Positions 57,496-64,000 of a DNA stretch of 64,000 bases are shown one piece after another. Origin of the DNA: Bacteroidales bacterium UBA3754 (GTDB taxonomy: Bacteria; Bacteroidota; Bacteroidia; Bacteroidales; UBA1715); assembly GCA_002371705.1 (NCBI GenBank), contig DFGI01000066.1, positions 4,472 through 68,471 on the forward strand, written 5' to 3'. Numbering within the stretch: the stretch's first letter is position 1; each line of letters starts with the position of its first letter. The position numbers and the translations under genes were made by a program. The notes under the pieces were generated by a model. It ran no database searches and was not told the DNA's origin. It saw only the letters and a program-made list of their open reading frames with translations.

Positions 57496-58089
57496 ATGGA
57501 TAATCAAAAGTTTAACCAAGTATTTAAAGTCGGATATATTGCACTGCTTGTCGTAGCATTGTTGGCAACTGTGTGGTATTGGGCTGTGGCATCGGGCAAA
57601 GATTGCTTGGCCTGCTCGCTTTCGGTTTGCGAAGGTATTGCTCCTAATGGTGAATCATATGTGTTGCCAGCCGACTCTTGCGCTCTTTCTTATGACGAAA
57701 TTTTGGAAAAAGAACGAGTTCAAGGTGTTGATGTCACTGAATGTAGTCAGGAATGTATCAACTATGCCGATGCATATTTGGTGTTCGCATTCTTACTTAT
57801 AATTCTTGCCGTTGGTTCTATGGTTGTAATGTTGTTCTATTCGGCATTCACCAGCGGCAAAAAGTTGTCGAAAACTACATTGATAACATTAGTGTTCGTT
57901 GTTGTTGTTGCTTTGCTCGGTTTCTTGTTGTCATCTGACACGATTCCGGAAATCCTTGGCTTCGACGGAACGATAACCTTGTTCGATGTGAAATTGACAG
58001 ATACATTATTATATGCGACATACATTTTGTTGGGTGGCGCTGTAGTAGCAATCTTGTCATCGTTCGTAATTAAATTTTTAAGAAAGTAG
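57496..58089 (+). CDS. 4-TM membrane protein with a six-cysteine extracytoplasmic loop, embedded in the exb operon
   Basis: 198 aa from MDNQKFNQ with four hydrophobic helices. The loop between TM1 and TM2 carries six Cys (KDC, LAC, SVC, DSC, TEC, QEC). I recognise no family. Confidence 0.55.
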   Translation: MDNQKFNQVFKVGYIALLVVALLATVWYWAVASGKDCLACSLSVCEGIAPNGESYVLPADSCALSYDEILEKERVQGVDVTECSQECINYADAYLVFAFLLIILAVGSMVVMLFYSAFTSGKKLSKTTLITLVFVVVVALLGFLLSSDTIPEILGFDGTITLFDVKLTDTLLYATYILLGGAVVAILSSFVIKFLRK

Positions 58090-58097
58090 ATAATTGG

Positions 58098-58119
58098 GTA
58101 GGGGAGGACACTCCCCTAC
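58098..58119 (+). other. GC-rich intra-operon hairpin (GTAGGGGAG-GACA-CTCCCCTAC)
   Basis: Perfect 9-bp stem with a 4-nt loop. It starts 8 nt after the stop of the 4-TM gene and ends 16 nt before the exbD ATG. No U-tract follows. Confidence 0.5.
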
Positions 58120-58135
58120 TGTAATATCAAAAAAT

Positions 58136-58720
58136 ATGGGAAAGAAAGTTCCAGAAATAAACTCTTCATCAATGGCGGACATCTCGTTCATGCTTTTGAT
58201 ATTCTTCTTGGTAGCCACCACAATGGATACCGATAAGGGTTTGTTCCGTATGTTGCCTCCATATCAGGATCCAACGGAACAGCAAGAGGATATTAAGGTG
58301 TTGGATAAGAACCTGTTTGTTGTGCTTGTGAACAAGGATGACAAGTTGATGGTTGAGAAAAAACCAATGAATTTCCGTGAATTGCGTAAGTCGTGCAAGG
58401 AGTTCTTGTTGAATATGAATAATGACGAAAGCGACAAGAGATACCCTGGCTATACTGAGGAAAGCATACCGGGAATTGGTAAAGTGAAGGTTACTAAGGC
58501 TATTGTGAGTATTCAGAACGACCGTAGTACTTCGTACGAAAAGTATATTGAGGTGCAAAATGAGATTATTGCTGCCTACAACGAAGTTAAGGATGTGTAT
58601 TCGTTGAAATATTTCAAGAAACCATTCAAAGACTTGAAGGAAAACCAGCAGGATATTATCAAACAGATTATACCTCAAAAAATCTCTGAAGCTGAACCTA
58701 AAAATATTGGAGGTAAGTAG
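58136..58720 (+). CDS. exbD: ExbD/TolR-family biopolymer transport protein
   Basis: The start at MGKKVPEINSSSMADISFMLLIFFLV matches the ExbD N-terminal TM consensus. A periplasmic domain follows. Confidence 0.8.
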   Translation: MGKKVPEINSSSMADISFMLLIFFLVATTMDTDKGLFRMLPPYQDPTEQQEDIKVLDKNLFVVLVNKDDKLMVEKKPMNFRELRKSCKEFLLNMNNDESDKRYPGYTEESIPGIGKVKVTKAIVSIQNDRSTSYEKYIEVQNEIIAAYNEVKDVYSLKYFKKPFKDLKENQQDIIKQIIPQKISEAEPKNIGGK

Positions 58721-58722
58721 TT

Positions 58723-59190
58723 ATGGCACAGTTTAGAAGTAAAGAAAAGAAGACTCCGCCGGCAATCTCCACACAGTCGTTGCCTGATATTATCTTTATG
58801 TTGATATTCTTCTTTATGGTGTCAACAACAATGCGTGAAAGCACCCTGTTGGTGAAAAAACCACACTTGCCACGTGCTACCGAACATGTTACGTTGGAAA
58901 AGAAATCGCTTGTGAGCAATATCTATATTTCCGCACCAAGTCTTCAGTATCAGAAATTGTATGGTACTCAGCCAGTTATTCAACTTAACGAGGCAATTGA
59001 GGATGTTTCAAAAATCGCAAAATTTGTCGAACTAGAAAAAGAGTCAATGCCAGCAAACGACCGTTCTCAAATGATTGTGTCGCTGAAAGTTGATTCAAAG
59101 GCAAAAATGGGTATTGTAACTGACGTAAAACAAGAATTACGTAAGGCAAATGCGTTAAAAATTAGTTACTCGGTTGTACCGAAAAACTAA
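58723..59190 (+). CDS. exbD: ExbD/TolR-family biopolymer transport protein (second copy)
   Basis: 155 aa: ISTQSLPDIIFMLIFFFMVSTTM, then a periplasmic domain. Confidence 0.8.
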   Translation: MAQFRSKEKKTPPAISTQSLPDIIFMLIFFFMVSTTMRESTLLVKKPHLPRATEHVTLEKKSLVSNIYISAPSLQYQKLYGTQPVIQLNEAIEDVSKIAKFVELEKESMPANDRSQMIVSLKVDSKAKMGIVTDVKQELRKANALKISYSVVPKN

Positions 59191-59203
59191 TCTTGTAAGG
59201 AAT

Positions 59204-59246
59204 AAAAAAAGGGAGGGAAAAGCAACGCTTTTCCCTCCCTTTTTTT
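59204..59246 (+). terminator. Strong intrinsic terminator ending the exb operon
   Basis: GGGAGGGAAAAG (59211-59222) pairs with CTTTTCCCTCCC (59228-59239) and is followed by TTTTTTT. Confidence 0.8.
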
Positions 59247-59417
59247 GTGTCAAATCTGGCATTGACAGAATCATTTGCTCGTGATTCCCTTTGAGAAAAT
59301 TCAACCACATACAATTTATTTCCATAAAAAAGACTATTTTTGAAAAGGGTTTCCTTGATGATTTTTTCATAGGGGAAAACAAAAGTAAAATGGCGTTTAT
59401 CTAACGCTTTGTTTTAG

Positions 59418-59617
59418 ACGTGTAGAAATCTGGCAGTTTCAACACACATTCCTGTCGAACGCAAAGCAACGATGGATGCCCATTAGATATGGATTTATAT
59501 AGTACGCTCGTGCTATTTTCATATCGGCGTGGGTTCTGCGTTGCTCGTTCTGACAGGAAGGGCGATGCCAGAGCCTCTACACGTGGAACGGGTAACAGAT
59601 ACGATTCCACGCTTTTT
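59418..59617 (+). ncRNA. Structured small RNA candidate (rod-like fold with a central bubble, 6S-RNA-like); family not established
   Basis: ACGTGTAGA (59418-59426) pairs with TCTACACGT (59576-59584). Going inward: CTGGCA/TGCCAG, an asymmetric bubble (15 nt vs 8 nt), then CCTGTC/GACAGG, GAACG/CGTTC and GCAACG/CGTTGC. Apical hairpins include ATAGTAC/GTGCTAT. A 3' hairpin CGTGGAA/TTCCACG plus TTTTTT (59582-59617) fits a plus-strand terminator. A TATTTTTG box sits at 59335-59342. The overlapping 69-aa ORF is on the minus strand and looks spurious. Confidence 0.4.
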
Positions 59618-59743
59618 TATTTATAATCCTTTTTTTGTTTGGAATCGGCAAAAACTAAAAACCTATGCTTCGATACGGCACATGGTGAATTTATGTTTGT
59701 GAAAATTTAGAGGTTGCTCCCGACACGGATTAGGGGTTGAAAG

Positions 59744-61684
59744 ATGAAAAAAATATCTATTACAATGGTTTTAATGCTTCGTGCGATGTGTACATTTTCG
59801 CAAGACATTAATTTTTACTTCTATGCTCAAGTTGATGAAAATAAGAAAGTTGCACCAGATAGCGTGTTGGTCGAAAATCTTGCTTCGGGGTATAGTAAGA
59901 TGATTTATAAGGAACATGATTGTGCGGAATCAATAACTCTAACTGGAAGATGGCTTGACAAACCAAACACGATAGGAGATGAACCTGCGGAACAAGATTT
60001 TCTTTGTCAAAAGACAAAAGCGACCGTTGCTGTTTCGATGAACCGCTCTGCAAAATTGCACCTCGCGTTGTACAACATCTCAGGTACAAAAATCACCGAT
60101 TATGCGAATGATTTGGGCGTAGGACAATATGAATTTTCTGTTTCCGCTCCGACAGGGATATATGTGCTGACGGCAAACGATGGTGTTCGTTCATCGTCTC
60201 TGAAATTGTCGATTGAAGGCTACGACAACGCTCGAATAGAAGAAATTGCCGTAGAAAAGACCTCCAATTATATTTTGAAATCATACTATGACACTGTTAC
60301 ATTCTACAACGTTGAAGACCTGCGATTTACGGGATATTACAACGGGCAATCTGATGTACAGTTTTTTGACATCGCTTCATTTCTTCTTTCTGAAGAAATT
60401 GTTTTTACTATTATCCCCCTACCAGAAAACCTTTCTATAAGTGGAGAGGCAACAGATATTACATCATTTACGGCAACTCTTTCTGCAGTTATTAAAAATC
60501 CCCAAAGTAACACAATAATAGAAAAAGGATTCTTTATCGGAGAAAACAATCCTATTGAAAATGGAACGAAGTACGTAATTGACAATAGGATTTTTACCTA
60601 TACGCTATTCAATCTGGCGGAACAAACAACGTATATGTATTGTCCATACGTTGTGACCGATGAAGGTACAATATATGGTGACATTATTTCATTTACGACG
60701 AAAAAGGCTCCTGAACCCATAATAAAAGATGGAGTAATACTTGCTGCATTTTCTGTTTCTGAAACGAAGAAAATTTATTTTTCGCAAGGAAATCTGCAAT
60801 TCAATGCAGTGAAAGGGACACATTTATGTGCCGATGGTACAACAAAACAAGGAACATGGCGATTTGCAGAACATCAATGGAATTATGTTGGTACGACGGC
60901 AGATTATGATTATTATACCGTTAATACAAATGGTGATATAATATCTGTGCACGAACCAGGAACAGGCAATGTGTTTGAAAATGGTGAACGTTGTGACAAT
61001 AATAAGATTTCTTCAACGTATGATGGTTGGATTGATTTGTTTGGGTATGCTACTTCTGGTTGGGATGGTAGTGATACAGAAGGCGTTGATAGAAGCGAAG
61101 AATGTTATCAACCATGGAGTAAGTCCGTTAAAAATGTTGATTACATAATTAATGGGGAAACTCAAGCATATATAATTGAAAAATATAGGAAAGCAGATTG
61201 GGGAATATACAACTCTATCTCTAATGGAGGAAACTCCCCTAACATGTGGCGTACAATTACCCATGAAGAATTTGAATATATAGTTTTCGGAAGAAAGAAC
61301 GCCCAAGAATTGAAAGGTTCTGCAATAGTAAATGGAGTTAATGGTCTGGTACTGTTGCCCGATAATTGGATTTTGCCGAAAGGACTTTCTTTTGTGCCGT
61401 CTAATATTACAAATGAAAAAAATAACTATTCTGTTGACGAATGGAAGTTAATGGAACAAAATGGAGCTGTATTTCTTCCTGCAGCAGGTATAAGAACATA
61501 CAATTCTGGAACAATAAAACAAGGTTCCGCAAATCATTATTGGGCAAGCAGTGCAATATGGGGAGACATAGGCAACAATACAATTCGTGCATGGCGGGGT
61601 ATCCCTTCTTATGGGTATGGATCGGATTTCACGATAGATAGATGCGAAGGACTTGCCGTACGTCTTGTTAAAGATGTGAAATAA
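59744..61684 (+). CDS. Secreted protein with a C-terminal FISUMP/DUF1566-like domain
   Basis: Signal peptide. The C-terminal third (GAVFLPAAGIR...HYWASSA...CEGLAVRLVKDV, WRTITHEEFEYI) resembles the Fibrobacter-paralogous/DUF1566-type domain. Residues ~100-160 (LHLALYNISGTKI...GIYVLTANDGVRSSSLKL) look like a T9SS CTD-type beta-sandwich placed near the N-terminus. Confidence 0.45.
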   Translation: MKKISITMVLMLRAMCTFSQDINFYFYAQVDENKKVAPDSVLVENLASGYSKMIYKEHDCAESITLTGRWLDKPNTIGDEPAEQDFLCQKTKATVAVSMNRSAKLHLALYNISGTKITDYANDLGVGQYEFSVSAPTGIYVLTANDGVRSSSLKLSIEGYDNARIEEIAVEKTSNYILKSYYDTVTFYNVEDLRFTGYYNGQSDVQFFDIASFLLSEEIVFTIIPLPENLSISGEATDITSFTATLSAVIKNPQSNTIIEKGFFIGENNPIENGTKYVIDNRIFTYTLFNLAEQTTYMYCPYVVTDEGTIYGDIISFTTKKAPEPIIKDGVILAAFSVSETKKIYFSQGNLQFNAVKGTHLCADGTTKQGTWRFAEHQWNYVGTTADYDYYTVNTNGDIISVHEPGTGNVFENGERCDNNKISSTYDGWIDLFGYATSGWDGSDTEGVDRSEECYQPWSKSVKNVDYIINGETQAYIIEKYRKADWGIYNSISNGGNSPNMWRTITHEEFEYIVFGRKNAQELKGSAIVNGVNGLVLLPDNWILPKGLSFVPSNITNEKNNYSVDEWKLMEQNGAVFLPAAGIRTYNSGTIKQGSANHYWASSAIWGDIGNNTIRAWRGIPSYGYGSDFTIDRCEGLAVRLVKDVK

Positions 61685-61715
61685 GAAATAATATATTGTT
61701 TAATTATTAAATATA

Positions 61716-62474
61716 ATGATTATGAATAACAAGGCGATGTATGACAAATGGGTGGAAAAAGTTTGTGCATTTCTTGCAAAAGAAGGAAAGAATTTGAATA
61801 GGCATTGTGCAACATTTCAATCAAAACCAATTTTGGACAAACAAGCAGATGTTGTCTTTTTAGGTTACAATCCTCATGAGGATTGGGCGTATTATGAGGA
61901 AGATTCACAACCCAAAAGATTTTATGAAGGCAATCCATCATTCTATGAAAATAAAGGGAAAGAAAGAATGAAATGGAAAATTTGGAGGAAATTGTATGAT
62001 GCTTTGAAATGGGCAGAATATACTAAACCCGTTGAAGACGGCAATTTCATCTTTTTCAATGCTGTTTACTTTGGTTCAAAAACAATTAATGATTTGAAGT
62101 CAATCCCAGGAGCAACAAGGGCAATTGACCAATGTTTGAATTATACAAACGAAGTCATACAAGATATTTTTAAGCCTAAATGTGTTGTATGTTTCTCTAT
62201 ACCAGAATGTTTTGATAATTTGAATAGTAAATTCGGTTTTAAAGATGTTCAATCTGTACAATTGCATGAAAATCTTTCTCCTCATATAGTTGATTTTGCT
62301 ATCAATAAAAGTTGGAAAGCGGGAGTGCCTAAAATAAATTGCATCGTTAAATCAGGACTTTGGGGAAATACGCCTGTATACGGTATCCCTCATCCGTCTG
62401 CTCAGATTAGTAATGACCACTGGGGATTAATTGCTCTTTTCCTTCGTGGTGAGATGGAAAAACTTGGTATATAA
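61716..62474 (+). CDS. Divergent uracil-DNA-glycosylase-superfamily-fold protein (tentative)
   Basis: 252 aa, cytoplasmic. Three motifs appear in the UDG order: DVVFLGYNPHE (motif A; compare GQDPYH / GINPG), FIFFNAVYFGS (compare LLLNxVLT), and VYGIPHPSAQIS (motif B; compare HPSPLS). Motif-level inference only. Confidence 0.4.
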   Translation: MIMNNKAMYDKWVEKVCAFLAKEGKNLNRHCATFQSKPILDKQADVVFLGYNPHEDWAYYEEDSQPKRFYEGNPSFYENKGKERMKWKIWRKLYDALKWAEYTKPVEDGNFIFFNAVYFGSKTINDLKSIPGATRAIDQCLNYTNEVIQDIFKPKCVVCFSIPECFDNLNSKFGFKDVQSVQLHENLSPHIVDFAINKSWKAGVPKINCIVKSGLWGNTPVYGIPHPSAQISNDHWGLIALFLRGEMEKLGI

Positions 62475-62492
62475 ACATAAAAAATTAGAAAA

Positions 62493-63533
62493 ATGAAAAA
62501 CATTAAAGACCCCTTTGTATTTATAGCAATTATCCTTGCGGTTGTAAACATTGCATTGTTTGTTTTTGTACTTATAGCAACTGATTTGTTTTCGCAAAAG
62601 GATTTGTGGTTTGAATCGTCGTGTGTTGTCATCGGAACGATTCTTACCGCCGTTGTAACTTTGCTACTTCTGAACGGACAAAGTGAAAAAGAAGAACAGA
62701 AGGAACGAAACTCTAAAGTGTTTGAAGAAAAACTCAACATTTACAAAGAGTTTCTTGGCAAACTTTGCGATGTGGTTAAAGATAAGAATATTTCTGACGA
62801 AGAATCTGTAGAACTTCAGTTTCAGGTTGCACAGATTGCTATGCACACAAAGCAAGAACGAATAAAGGAAATCAGCAAAAATGTTGTTGAAATAATAAAT
62901 TCAGTACGAAATCCCTCAGAAGATGACAATGATAAACTTGTGAATAATTTATTTGACATTCAGGAACAATTCCGCCAAGAATTGTATGAACCAAAAACTG
63001 ACAATCAAAAGAATTGGGATGAAATTGTGAAGAATTTCGCGGAATTGGCACAAAACAACGAAAGTAATGGCTCTATTCCAAGTATTTCCATTGATTCGCA
63101 AGAAACTCCAGTCAGAAAATTTGAAACAGAGATAGAAACGATAGTCAAAAAACACTATCAAACATCAAAATTCAAAGATGATAATGGTTTTGAAATTTTG
63201 TTGTCGAAATCTGAAAATGGGAATAGCAAAAATTTTATACGTTTTATTCGATTAAATACAAGTCGAGGAGAATATTGCGTTCAAGTGTGGTTGAATCTGG
63301 AAGAAACGGAGAAAAAACGGGATTTGTATGTAAATATCAAAAATGAGTTTCCGCCTGCTGTGTATTCCACAAATCATTGTGCTACAGTTTATTTCGATTA
63401 TACAAATAGCAAATATCGTTTCTTGGATACGTTCACGAATGAAATTAACACCTTGGACTCCAGAACGATACAATATTTTGCTGATAGAATTATTAAAATA
63501 ACAGAATTTACAGAAAACGAAATCAAGAAATAG
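62493..63533 (+). CDS. 2-TM membrane protein with a large cytoplasmic domain of unknown function
   Basis: 346 aa with two N-terminal TM helices (FVFIAIILAVVNIALFVFVLIA; CVVIGTILTAVVTLLLLNG), a charged helical region, then a mixed alpha/beta C-terminal domain. It starts 18 nt after the UDG-like gene and overlaps the uvrC 3' end by 11 nt. Confidence 0.5.
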   Translation: MKNIKDPFVFIAIILAVVNIALFVFVLIATDLFSQKDLWFESSCVVIGTILTAVVTLLLLNGQSEKEEQKERNSKVFEEKLNIYKEFLGKLCDVVKDKNISDEESVELQFQVAQIAMHTKQERIKEISKNVVEIINSVRNPSEDDNDKLVNNLFDIQEQFRQELYEPKTDNQKNWDEIVKNFAELAQNNESNGSIPSISIDSQETPVRKFETEIETIVKKHYQTSKFKDDNGFEILLSKSENGNSKNFIRFIRLNTSRGEYCVQVWLNLEETEKKRDLYVNIKNEFPPAVYSTNHCATVYFDYTNSKYRFLDTFTNEINTLDSRTIQYFADRIIKITEFTENEIKK

Positions 63534-64000
63534 GGTTTATGGAAGCAAATTCCATTATCTTCCGTGCTTTTTCTTTTCCTACAACCTTGGTCAGTTCTTC
63601 TTCGCTTGCGCTTTTGATAGCCGAGACTGTTTTGAATTGTTTGAATAACAGCTCTATCGTCTTTGGACCAATACCTTCTATTGCTTCTAATTCGGAGGAA
63701 GTGAACTTTCTCGACCGCTGATTACGGTGGAATGTGATGGCAAAGCGATGCACTTCGTCTTGTATGCGTTCCATAAGGTGAAAAAGCGGATCGTTGGGCT
63801 TAATTCCAACAACCTTAGGAGGAAAACCGAATAGGATTTCGTGGGTACGGTGTTTTCGGTCTTTCGCAAGTCCCGAAATCGGAATGTTGAGTTGTAGTTG
63901 GTCTTGAATTACGTGCCGGGCCATTTCCATTTGTCCTTCGCCCCCATCGACAATAAGCAGTTGTGGCAAATCTTGCCCTTCTTCCACCAGACGAGAGTAA
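63523..64000 (-). CDS. uvrC: Excinuclease ABC subunit C, C-terminal part (5' end outside the window)
   Basis: The open frame runs to the right edge. It shows LLIVDGGEGQ...ISGLAKD...(endonuclease V-like domain) and a C-terminal (HhH)2 motif LEAIEGIGPKTIELLFKQFKTVSAIKSASEEEL. Confidence 0.85.
   Translation of the reverse strand, partial: YSRLVEEGQDLPQLLIVDGGEGQMEMARHVIQDQLQLNIPISGLAKDRKHRTHEILFGFPPKVVGIKPNDPLFHLMERIQDEVHRFAITFHRNQRSRKFTSSELEAIEGIGPKTIELLFKQFKTVSAIKSASEEELTKVVGKEKARKIMEFASINPIS

Noticed and set aside
59401-59610. 69-aa minus-strand ORF, and the 75-aa ORF at 59155-59382
   Set aside because: Both lie in the gene-free gap, and I found no -7 box in front of either. One overlaps the exb terminator and the other coincides with the long inverted-repeat RNA structure. 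Their sequences are low-complexity or basic and look non-coding.
59418-59617. Assigning the structured RNA to TPP, cobalamin, SAM or FMN riboswitches, SRP RNA, tmRNA or RNase P RNA
   Set aside because: None of the diagnostic primary motifs is present: CUGAGA plus the ACCUGAUCUGGAUAAUGCCAGC-type segment for TPP, GCCACUG for B12, GGAAG...AGCA in SRP domain IV, GGGG...UCCACCA ends with a tag ORF for tmRNA, or GAGGAAAGUCCGGGC for RNase P. The length and fold also do not fit.
1-64000. CRISPR arrays, tRNA/rRNA genes, transposases, integrases, IS inverted repeats, reverse transcriptases, restriction-modification or toxin-antitoxin genes
   Set aside because: I scanned the intergenic regions and all ORF translations by eye. 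There are no regularly spaced direct repeats and no cloverleaf-like sequences in the gaps, and no ORF carries DDE, tyrosine- or serine-recombinase, RT or methylase/nuclease motifs. A tRNAscan, Infernal or ISfinder run would be needed to be certain.

Overview
This looks like a chromosomal segment of a low-GC Bacteroidota genome, probably Bacteroidales-like. The supporting signs are an LpxC/FabZ fusion, an S46 peptidase, DUF4249-like lipoprotein plus TonB-dependent receptor pairs, T9SS-type C-terminal sorting domains, and TAnnTTTG -7 boxes in front of many operons. Most of the window is housekeeping: lpxA and lpxC/fabZ, apbE, greA, a HIT protein, aroC, aroA, an aroE-aroK fusion, trkA/trkH, mlaE/mlaF, dxs, a short glycogen-synthase-like gene with a DUF4270-like neighbour, glmS, a GT9 glycosyltransferase, rluD, a PorE-like OmpA protein, exbB-exbD-exbD, and the 3' end of uvrC. 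Three stretches look accessory. (1) 11.8-20.2 kb encodes secreted or lipoprotein genes, including a T9SS-sorted C10 cysteine peptidase and a C1 (papain-like) peptidase. The 11.8-16.8 kb part is visibly AT-rich. (2) 21.8-29.9 kb is a tandem duplication of a DUF4249-like lipoprotein plus CarboxypepD_reg TonB-dependent receptor cassette. The two operons share a 96-nt promoter module containing a conserved palindrome. (3) 59.2-63.5 kb holds a strongly structured small-RNA candidate, a large secreted protein, and an AT-rich gene pair: a divergent uracil-DNA-glycosylase-fold protein and a 2-TM protein of unknown function. I found no CRISPR array, tRNA, rRNA, transposase, integrase or recognisable toxin-antitoxin or restriction genes. 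All calls come from reading the sequence and translations by eye. No database search was run, so family names are motif-based inferences.
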